Shown here in pieces: positions 53,111 through 64,000 of a DNA stretch of 64,000 nt. Under the pieces are notes generated by a model. The model saw only the letters and a list, made by a program, of their open reading frames with translations. It searched no databases and was not told where the DNA came from. Position numbers and translations under genes: made by a program. Source of the DNA: Ruditapes philippinarum (taxonomy: Eukaryota); the NCBI RefSeq assembly GCF_026571515.1, contig NW_026854096.1, positions 310,001 through 374,000 of the forward strand, given 5' to 3'. How positions within the stretch are numbered: the stretch's first letter is position 1; every line of letters begins with the position of its first letter.

Positions 53111-56100
53111 CCCCACACCCCTTCAGCCCATCTCCCCCATTCCGAAAAAAACTGACTAATGAGTTTATATATAAAATCTACCTTCAGTATCTCGTATCCA
53201 GAAACCGTGTAATTGCCCCTGAGCAATGGTTTTCCTGGAACAATACTCTATACAATTTTTTTTTTAATACTTGTATCTAAGAATTTTACTAGTCCGACAA
53301 AGTATGAATTATTCCACTAAATTTAACAGATTTGTTTCAATCTGTTTAAAACTGTTTGCAAACTCTGAATTTCAACATTTTTATGCACATCAAAATCATG
53401 AAACAAAATATCGAGATGAATGAACAAGAAGATTCCTGGTCATAATAAACAATTTTAGAAATGTAATTTTATTCTTAGGTAAACTGTTAACTGCTTTCCT
53501 CTATATACACGTGATTATTCTCATTCTCTTAACGTTTCATGCTATTTCCAAATCCTAACATGTACTCTAATATAAAGCAAGCGTCTCGAGATGGATTGAA
53601 CTCATAACCAACCATATCGTAAAGTGTATATTTCCACGAATTTAGAGCATATTCGTTTTGGCACTGCACGTTTTATACCCCGTTTATAGTCCTCTAAAAC
53701 TTAAACAACACTAAAGTTCAGTGCAAAATTTACAGCGAGTTTCGCTTGTGATTTGGTTTTATTTTAGAATAAGGGTTTTATGAAGAAGCTAGACATACAA
53801 AAATAAAAATTTTGTTATCTTTAAGAATGCTTTCACGTAATTTATTACCTTATTAAGGGCTGTTTTTTATTACTGATAACCTAATGTTCAAATAAAGATT
53901 AAAGTATAATCCACGTGAGCGTTAACCTACATGCTCATTGACGTGTTTTTTTCTCAGAAACGAAAATAAATGTTTGATATAAACCCATATGTATATATTT
54001 TGTACAAATTCAAGGTCAGTGTTTTAGTTATAGTTTCAAAATACAACTCGTGCCCTTTGGTGACATTACGCTTCATTTAATATATTTTTATTTAACAATA
54101 TAATGAGATTATTCCTTTTATAGCTCTATATAGAACAACAAAATATCCGCAGCATTTAATTATTGTAACTGACGTAAAACAATTAATAAGCGGGAGATTC
54201 TTAATGGAATAGTTAACTGTTGTTATTGTTTTCTGGTGTTTTGTTTTTCTATAAATTGTTTAGAAGGCCACATCTAAAATTAAGATATGTTATTTGTTTT
54301 CCACGACGAAATATCTTCATGTGTTACCTTTTTTAAATAAAGATATTATTATTATTATTATTAGTGTTATTATTATTATTCCTGGAAACTAGCCGGTACT
54401 AGACAATGGGTGTAAAGTTACTTGCTCAAGGAACACTGAAAGGGTTTGAACAAGCGCGACCAGCAATCCTTAGATTAATAGTGTTATTTCGCTTTGTAAC
54501 GACAATATTGCGTGATCTCGCTTTAAAGTTACAGCTTGCTTAATATTCCTTACAAGTTGGGGAATCACCAAAAACCTGAAACACGATATTTTCAGAATCG
54601 ATGAATAATATGCGAGGTTTTCCACGAAATTGCTAAATTCCGGTTATCTCAAGTCGATAGTTTATGTTTTACAAATGACCTTGAAAATAAAAGGCATGAC
54701 CGTGTATCTGACATAATATACGTTTTTTGTGCCATTTATAATCCCGAAACTGCGCTATCTTATCACCGTCGTCGGCATTGCTGGGTTTGTTTATTTAGAG
54801 ATTTTTTAACCGTTTTTTTTTTCTCTCTTAGCGCTTTCAGGAAAATGGTAGACATTTTGACTTAAAGCTGCATGCTACCAGACGAGCCCAACAAATTCAA
54901 GAAGTCAGTTTTGTAAAAAAAATGTACCAAGATTTGAAGGAAAGTAAAAATATAGACAAATTAAGAAATAATTTACATGATTTACGAAATTAAAGATTGA
55001 TCTTGTAGTATTCATCACCACATTTCTACTGCGTGACTCAGGCATGCAGTTAGAGCTACTTTTACATAGTCTGACTTTTTTGTTATTTTTATATATTGTT
55101 TGTGTCATTTTCAAATGTATAAATAACTTTTTTTTGTTCTCTTGAAAGATATTTAACTTTTAAATACATTAAAAAACATTCATGAAAATAAGCATGAATC
55201 TGGAGGCATACTTGACTCGACTTGAAAAGCTTGAACATTATAGACTGTTAATAATATCAAAAGAAAATTTAAGTTTGCTAACTGCACCATAGGGAACATG
55301 TTACATTATCGCGCTTTAAGAAACGTAACTTCTTGTAGTATGGACATCTTGAAAATTCAATACTTAAACCAGAAAGCGTAATACTGGAACACGTTCCCTA
55401 CTGTGAACTGCTTCGAGCCTGGCCAGACTGCACAAATGTTCGGATTGGTCTGGCTCTATTCTGGTGGAAAGGCTAATCACTCTCAGAACTGATTAAAAAT
55501 TTTGTAGAAATTATCTACGGCCTTCGTGGTCAATTCCTACGCATCAAAAATCCAAACCGGTGTTAAATAGCCGATATACACCTCTCAGGCCGATGTTATT
55601 TCACAGACCTCAGCAAGAAAAAGGGATAAAAGTGATGTTTTTCCTTTAATCAAAGTAGACTGATATTTTTCATGAAGAAATCGGTTATAAATTGTATTTA
55701 TATTCTAAATAGTGAATCGATATTCTATCGATTGTTGAATATCGATGATGTATCGATATCGCGATACTTATTGACAGCAGGTTATGGGGTAAAATAAATA
55801 AAATAGTCATTGAAACATGTTCAAACATTTTGTGGTTACTTGTCATGTTGTGTCTTCCAAGTACTTTCATTTTGTTGTCTTGGTGATTTATCTCTGTTCA
55901 ACAGATTTTAGATCATTTATCTTATTCTGTCGCGTAAGGATATTTTATCTTTATGGCCTTTTTCGTAACTTTTTCGTAACGTTTTTAGTGCTTTCGTTTT
56001 ACACCATTGGTGATTTATTATTCACAATTGTTTACTGAAACCATATAACGGCTGTTTTCTCCTTTGATTTATTTCTAAACTCTAAAACTTTATATTTTAA

Positions 56101-56138
56101 AAATGCATATTTATATAACAAATGACATGAATTTTTAA

Positions 56139-56325
56139 GGGGGAGCGATGGCTTAGTGGTTAAGGTTTCTGCTCCGCAACCCAGGGATCATGGATTCGAG
56201 CCCTAACCGGACCATATTTTTTTCCAAATGACACCAGTACTGGTTGGTTCCAGGAGGCGGATTGGAAAGTGATTGATTAAGATAAGTTGCAAGAACTTGT
56301 TACGCAGTCAAGCTTAAATAAATAT
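56139..56325 (+). mobile_element. tRNA-derived SINE
   Basis: GGGAGCGATGGCTTAGTGGTTAAGG A-box, GGATTCGAGCCC B-box, non-tRNA body, A-rich end. Confidence 0.65.
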
Positions 56326-57250
56326 TTTCAAACCAATTTTAAAAAACTTAAAAAAAGAAAGAAGATTAGTATCTATATTTCTGTTGTTTATTAAAATGAC
56401 GCCAAACCATCTCAGTTGTTTAACCTATATTCAGAATATTCCTACCTAGTATATATGTGCATTGTGAATGCAAGTGACGTAAGGGGTATTTTTCATTTGA
56501 GTTATTTAAGGTACAATTTCATAATGATGACTTTATTATACTATAACTATGCTCTTTCCGTATATCTAAAATCGCACACTCTGCAAGTGCCCACCTTTAG
56601 CACCATTTGTACTGCGCTTTCAAATCAGATGTGCGATTTTCGGTTCACCTATTGAACAAGATCAAGGCAGACAGTCCTCTTTGCTGATGATTTAGATAAT
56701 TTCTATAAAATATTTTTCAAAATGAAAACCGTAGCTAAACCTTTTATTTCTACTGTTGTAATGTGTGGATTTTTTTATTTCTTAAGAATATATGATTTGA
56801 GTGTAAAATACAAATACTGCGAAAAACAGGTGTAACGTGATAAAGATTTCTCATTTTAAATTTCAAAGGCATTTTACCTTTAAAGTTTGATAAAATTATT
56901 CTTGAGTTAACTTCCGACAGTTTCATGCCAAGAGTATATATATCAACAATGATCCATACTTTTTGTCCGGTGTAGCAGGTGTGCACATGGTGATACAGGT
57001 GTGCGTGTTAACTTTACTACGTTAGATTAGTGCTTGCACTGTGCTTGCCACTTTTAAGCACAAATTCGAAATGTATTTGAAAATCATCTTGTTGCATATT
57101 TGATCAAAAAGCAAAGAAGTTTATTAACTTGTAGGGGGCGAAGTGTCAAACTGTCTGGCAGCCAGTATAAAGCTGTGTATAAAGTAGTAACAAGAGCCCA
57201 TCTGAGGCAAATTATGACAAAAAATATGCCTCCAAGATAGAGAGCAAATT

Positions 57251-57488
57251 TGAGCCGTGTCACGACAAAACCAACATAGTGGGTTTTGCGACCAGCATGA
57301 ATCCAGACCAGCCTGCGCATCCGCGCAGTCTGATCAGGATCCATGGTGTTCGCTATCAGTTTCTCTACTTGTTATAGGGTTTGTAAGCGAACAGCATGGA
57401 TCCTGATCAGACTGCGCGGATGCGCAGGCTGGTCTGGATCCATACTGGTCGCAAACGCACTATGTTGGTTTTGTCGTGACGCGGCTCA
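57251..57488. mobile_element. Palindromic MITE, fuller-length copy
   Basis: ~100-bp inverted arms TGAGCCGTGTCACGACAAAACCAACATAGTG...; same family as 24525-24736. Confidence 0.9.
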
Positions 57489-60400
57489 TTTATTGTTATA
57501 AATAGCACAAATGATGACTTTTGTTTCGCCGAATGTACAGAGTCTAATTATTTTTAAGGCAACAGATTGTTTGCATATAAAGAAGCATAGATTTGTCTAT
57601 AATAAATTGATTGCAGAGAAAATCAAACATACATGTATGCTAAATCTAAACATTATCATTGTAAGCCTTCAAACGTTTTGCTTAGAAAACAAATAATTTC
57701 GCTGGAAATTTGCTTAAAAGGGGACATAACTCTTTCAATAATATGTTGATTGCAATGAAAATCTAATTTAACCTGTCGTTTGATTTACATACATGCGTAC
57801 TCACATGTCATACACAAACACTATCGTTAAAATCCTTTGAAAGTTATCATGCGAAAGCCACCCATGTAACAATTATACATTGATTGCAGAAAAAATATGA
57901 TATTATCGTGTGTTTTGCTATAACATACTTAAATGAAAAGTATAAACACAATATTTTGAAATCGTGCGAAAACCAAATTGTCTACGGACGGACGGACAGG
58001 CGGTTGGACGTTCTCGATGAGTTATAATTTTTTTCTTTGATCCTCTTTTATCTCTAAGTAATGAACACGTGCAGCTAAAACAATGAGAGCCTTATGCTTA
58101 AAGGTTTTGAGTTGGTGTGCTCGTATCCCGGGTATGCCATACTTTCTCTGTGAATATGTAGTCGATTATATTTATAATAATAAATGTATGTAGGCTTTTT
58201 TTGCTCTCAAGATTTGGTATTTACACATTCTTTCGCGTCATTTGTTCACTATGGTTTACATACAGTACGGCACGTCCTCGTGGAGACCTAACTTTTCATT
58301 TCTTAACCGCCTAATTACTGTTTCTTTTAGTTTAAAATAACATCTTAGTTTCTTTTTCGCGTGTTGACAGCTTCTGGTTTATATGACCACTGATGAAAAA
58401 AATCGCACAAATAAATGACGTATAGTCACATGACGTTAACGTTAGTGTGTTCCTCTTTACGTTACGTGACGTATTGTTCGTCCTAAAAGGTACAAAACTA
58501 CTTTGGACTGGTAAAAGAGAAACCAAGATAATATCGTTTTTCAACAGTTTATTGGCATTTTCTTTTTCTATATCCAATGGTTATCATGAAATACCCAGCT
58601 ATGATATTGTAAATGACAAAAAATACAAACAAATATGATATGAAAATGTAGCAATAAAATATATGTTCCATAAAAATAGTACCCTTTATTTATATGTTCA
58701 TTCTTATTAAGACTTTAGAGCATGCGTTATATAAGAGCACCCTTGATTATCTGAAATTAAGCTGGTCAATAGCAAGTTACTAGAATAAAGGCTTATGAGA
58801 TAACTTCTTGATAAAGGGATGCGCAAACATTTGGCTGTAGAACACAGATTTGATAATAAATAATGCTTGCAAAAATGTCAAAAAAGTTAAACATTCAGTT
58901 AAAACAAAAGTGAAAATGTAATTTGGTTTTGTATGTTTCAAAAGCGTTACTACCGGTTTTGTTTACTCGCATGTCTATAAATATACACAAGAACACAGTA
59001 CTGAAAATTAAAATTTATAGATAAGGTACTGCGTTACGCTTTTTCCATAAAAAGACTGACAAAAAATAAGTATGATATCATATTTGTTCTACATATATAA
59101 ATGGGTTTGTGATATCTAAAAACAGATCATTCATGTGTGTGGGTTTTTTTAATCTTTCATTTAAAGAGGTTTGCTTATCGCTTATTTATACATTACCTTC
59201 AAACTTTTTATTTTCATTTCAGGTTTATGTTAACACTAAAGCTACAATATAATTTATAAAACCTTAACTATTTAACTACAAACAAAACACAACAAAAATA
59301 AATAATATTTAAATATTTTATCTATAACTAACCATAATAACTAACAGGCAACGGATATGCTAGATTCTTCACGGGGTTAATAAATACATGTAATAAATAA
59401 TAAAAAGGTCAACAGCACATGCGAATATTATAAATAATGTATATATTTAATGAACTATATATGATAAATAAAAGTAAATATTAAAATTTGCCATTTAAAA
59501 AATTAATCTAATCACTTATAAGAAGATAGAAAAAAATCACAATAATGAATTTCATAGAAGAGTTTGTTATCTATATGTATTGTACAATGAAGTTTTAACG
59601 AAGTTTTATTTGTTTCAGTAAATATTATTTTAATCACATTTTACAGTTACATTCTGTAGTACACACACTTTATCTTACGTTTTGTATTGCATGTGAATTT
59701 CATTCAAATTTGCAAGAATGAAGTTTAATTCAACATAAAATGATGCATAATTATAGTATTGCTTATTGCAAAATAATTACGGAATTAAAGTTTTTTACTG
59801 ACAATAAGCATGAATTGTAATCTAGAAACGCGAATAAAACTATGAGATCCATTATCCATTATGAGACGAATAGCAAAATAGATGGCCGAAAAAAAATCAA
59901 TACAAATAAAACTTATACTAATAACAATAAAAAATATGTTTTATATAAAATTGTTCAAGCTGTAGTTAAATTGTAATAACTTCACCATCCCTTTGTTAAC
60001 TTGATCATTTAAAGACAAAAAAACATAAAAGTAAAAAAAAAACACAAAAAAACCCCTGAAATATTGCACTTTGTCAGTAGAGGAATGTACATTTAAAGCC
60101 AGCTATGGGTATGAATATATCAAAACAGCATAGAAAATATAGTCCATGCAGTGAGCATGAGATTCGCGAGAAGGGAGATTACTCCTAATGAAAATTGTAT
60201 TAGTCTATTTTATAGCGTCATGGTTTGTTTAGAATTCTAACAAACGATAATCTTTTAAGCTAAGATTCAAAGTGCCCTTAATTTTAAAATTGGTTTAAAA
60301 ACAATTTAAAAATCTTATATCTACAAATACGGAGAGAGATAAGAAACGGACATTCGATATCGCAAATTCTCGGTCGTCACCGTTCTCTGCGATATGTCAG

Positions 60401-61189
60401 ATTTAAAAGGGATGACGCCATATTTGTAGTAACATTGTTTTACAATCGTTTTAAAAACATTATTCTCCACTTTCAAAATAGTAAAAAGATACTTATGTGA
60501 TTGAAAGATAGTAAACAAATATTCTAAATATTAATAAATGAGATAGGTATTTACTCTTTCTTCAAAATTCTCAGATTACAAAAATTACACTGATTAAAAA
60601 AGATATATTGTTTCAGAGACTTACGGCTCTCTTACAAAACGTATTCATATATATATATCAAAAACATGCTAACACTACATTCCAGGTATACCCTATTTTA
60701 GTCTTTAATTTATAAATAAAGTGAACACTAAACAATACAATAGATTAACGAAGGATATATATCTAACAAAGAAAAAAAAAACTAAAGGATTTCAATAAAA
60801 TAACGCTTGTTTTGTAATAAGGTTTTGATTTTATCACATGTAGATATAACATGATTGCTTGTAAAACTATCAGAGTAAAAATTTAATTATTTAACAATTG
60901 TAACAAAATCCAATACGTTACTAAAAAACAATTAATACTATATTTAGGAACCATGTCCATTTCGATTTTGTTGAAGTTCTAGGCACGCGCGGCGTTCCAC
61001 GTCAGACACGTGTATTTTCATTAATAATATACTAATACATTGTGTTCTGCTGGAATAGTCTAATCATGAAATTGCTTTGATCCTCTAAAATACTATTTTG
61101 TGATCGCTTAGATGCGTCAAAATTGCATTATAATACATGTAACATATATGTAAATTCGCGTACTGCTATTTTGGCGCTCAATGCTTTAG

Positions 61190-63094
61190 TCATGAAGAAC
61201 TATCCTTCATGCACGTGTCGTAAGATGGCGGACCAAATGGGTCTGATGATGTATACGCTGGTAGACGAGTTGGTCCCGGTTCATGATTATTTTGTTCCAT
61301 TGATAAGTTTGCATTTTCCGCCTCTTTTCCTTTTGTGAGAGTGTTTTCGCCAAAGCAGACGGATCGTGAACTTGGATTTTCAAAACATTCCTCAACGTGT
61401 ATATGCTCTGGTTTAACAAAAGTTGCACACATGGCATTACAAGAATGGTTTCTGAAAAAATCGATGATTCCAACATCGCGTTTGTCCTTATCACCATAGC
61501 GACCGTCACGTGAGTGAATTGTGGGATTGCTCAGCTTGTACTCGCCATCTTCCTCAATTCCTTTAAGGTTACACACTACTAATTTTTCTTCGGATGCATG
61601 ATATGTGTAATGGCAAAAAGCGTCTAACGCCTCAGAACCATTTCCGGTTGCCAGTCCATTGGTGCAGACGAATGTTTTAAAATCTCCGTCCAAGAATTGT
61701 TCAAATAAAACAACTTCGTCTTTCTCGAATTTCTTATCGAATCGCATGAAAATTCCCGTGATTCTCATCACATCTGATATGCTGTCCATAATGGCGTCTA
61801 TTGGTTTTAGTACAATTAGCTGAAATATATATCATACAATCTTGTTGTCATAGAAATGGTTTTAATATCATGTAAAGTGACGTCAGATGTGCACATTCTC
61901 ATCGCTTACTCTACATGGTTGAACATTTTGCTATATTTTCATATAAATGTAAAATTTAATAACGAAACAAATTTTCGTTTCATTTCACTCCAGATGTGGG
62001 CCAATGTCTGGTTTGTGCATGTGTGTTGTTTGTTTTTTTGTCTGTTCTTTTTTGTTGATTTGTTTAGTGATTTTTTTAAAAATTTTAAAAGTATATCTTA
62101 AAACCATTAACCATGACATTGAATTTGAAAAGCTATGTGAAGAATGTATCGGGTCAAAGTAACAAAGCTTTATCGACCTGATACGTTTAGAGCAATTAAA
62201 AAAGAAACTTGAAACCATGTCATTTAAATTTCCGTTTTTATCACAAATATCACAAACAATTCCTAGAACGAAATTAAAATCAAGTTTTATTTAAATTCCT
62301 GTAAACAGGGGAAAATGCATGATGGGTAACTAATAAATATGCACAAACACAAAAAATATAGATATTTAGTAGCCTGGATCTTTTTTTTATATATTTTAGT
62401 AGCCTGAATCTTTTTTATATATTTGAGTAGCCTGAATAATCGTTTTTATATATTTGAGTAGCCTGAATCTTTTTATTAAGTTGATAATACAGGTACCATT
62501 TTATAAATATCTCATCCAAATAGACACATATGCAAGTTTCGATACTATTAAACAATTAAACTTATCTCTCTCTTAAAATCAATACAAGACCCTTGTGAAC
62601 ATGAAAACTGGATTGCACTAAAGCATACTTTATGTTACATGTATCAAGTTTAAAATGTTTTCACATGTAAAACTCAAAAATGTTTGCGCACATATTTAAT
62701 GCGATAATCATGTGTTTTTGTTATTTTTTGTTTCATAAATTTTCATTTTTGCTCATTTATTTTTTGTTTTTTGTGTGTGTGCGTGTGTCTGTGTGTGTAC
62801 TTTCGGGTCTTCGTTCTTTTTGGGTTGTGTTTTATGAAAATAATATTGAATTTTCACTGAAAACGGTCCCTTTCACATTTTTTTCACCAAAATTACACAA
62901 AAAGAACACCTGCTTACCTTTGTATTGCAGGAAATAGTTGCTAAATGTTTGTTGAATTCAGCCGCCATTTTTCTTGCTACGTCACAGCATTCTTTGTACG
63001 GCGTCCAATCAATCGCGCTGCCTACTCGGTGTCTGAATGTCTTGACAACCACCATCGTGCCGGAGAAATAGTCCTTCTGATGATATGCCATCCC
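61190..63094 (-). CDS. Alpha-kinase-fold protein 5 (predicted pseudokinase with LPxY/PPxY tail); exons 2-3 only, exon 1 probably beyond the window
   Basis: Exons 63094-62918 and 61819-61190; paralog of gene 4; VVVKTF, AFCHYTY, VCNLKGI, LSNPTIHS, HSCNAMC; tail LPAY..PPSY. Confidence 0.88.
62360..62475. repeat. Short minisatellite (~4 copies of a ~28-33 bp unit)
   Basis: Repeated ATATTT(G/T)AGTAGCCTG(A/G)ATC unit in intron 2 of gene 5. Confidence 0.8.
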
Positions 63095-64000
63095 CTGTAA
63101 TAAAATTAAACATAACCTCATATGAAAAGTTAAGATTAGAAAATATTGATGTCTCTTTGTAAATATAAAATATATAAATAAATGTTTTGACTTCACACAA
63201 AATAGATATGTTTAGAATTCTACACATTATAGGTGGTCACAATATGAATATATATGTCATAAAAAAACGGGCAGTTTTTTTAAGAAAAGACTAACTTTAC
63301 TCGACCTGTAGTAACTAACACAGCTTCCAATACATAGTTTATTCATTCTTTTTTCCAGATAAGACATATTCAGTAAGAATTTCATAGATTTCAATAAATT
63401 TCTGTGATCAAAATATTTTATTCAAGGATGAGCATATCATTTCTTTAAACTTTATTTAGCTTGTATATCAAAAAATAGAAAGGAGAAAAACCCTTTTCAA
63501 GCGAGTTCATAGCTGTTCTCAAACAGAAATTAAAGTTTGACAAATCCTTGAAATAAATGGAAATATAACCCAGAACATCATAACGGACATGACAAGGACA
63601 AATTAGTACTTGCACTGATAAAATAAGTTTGTCATTACACAATAACACGAATTCGTCATTCGAAATTCGTAATTGCTGTATCAAGTTTGCATTGCACTGT
63701 GAAGTCTATGATATTTGTCATTGCAGTACGTCATTGTTATATGAAATTCGTAATATTGCGTTTTATGAAATTTGTAATTGCGATATCTGAAATTCTTAAT
63801 TGCTACATAATTATGACATTCGTTATGCACTATGAAATCTTTTAATGCACTATAAAATTTGTTAAACAACTGATCTTATAAACAGTGAAATACTCTACGT
63901 CGGACATGTAACCCATCATCAACAACAACAAACACTGTGTCTATTCAAATGTTATAGTCTGATTTTATTGACCTGTCAATTATGAATACATCATAGGACT

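Noticed and set aside
25390-63094. Calling the alpha-kinase copies pseudogenes
   Set aside because: All visible exons are open, splice sites and exon lengths (168 and 177 nt for exon 2) are preserved, and the catalytic substitutions are shared rather than random.
63840-63920. Minus-strand ATGATGGGT (MMG...) as exon 1 of gene 5
   Set aside because: No similarity to gene 4 exon 1 beyond MMG, no AAG|GT donor, and the frame reaches a stop. The true exon 1 is probably outside the window.

Overview
AT-rich animal genomic DNA with spliceosomal GT-AG introns; the repeat landscape suggests a bivalve mollusc (inference). From left to right: (1) a young nested LTR-retrotransposon composite (533-7536). 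The outer Ty3/Gypsy-like element has gag, an in-frame UAG followed by a predicted pseudoknot, then protease; a second, small LTR element encoding a zinc-knuckle/coiled-coil protein interrupts it, and the rest of pol is deleted. (2) An intact 4-exon flavin monooxygenase of the bacterial trimethylamine-monooxygenase (Tmm/mFMO) type on the minus strand (9867-12466), with a ~3.7-4.6 kb tandem segmental duplication upstream of it. (3) A cluster of five small stand-alone alpha-kinase-fold genes (three on +, two on -, convergent) that share intron positions. All five keep open frames, the beta-strand Lys and the Zn-binding His/His/Cys/Cys, but all have lost both catalytic aspartates, so they look like a family of alpha-pseudokinases. 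The two minus-strand members carry conserved tandem [L/P]PxY (WW-binding) motifs in their tails. This cluster is the most interesting candidate new system. The rest is LINE fragments, SINEs, MITEs, a foldback element with 21-bp palindromic arrays, microsatellites and a 261-nt assembly gap.
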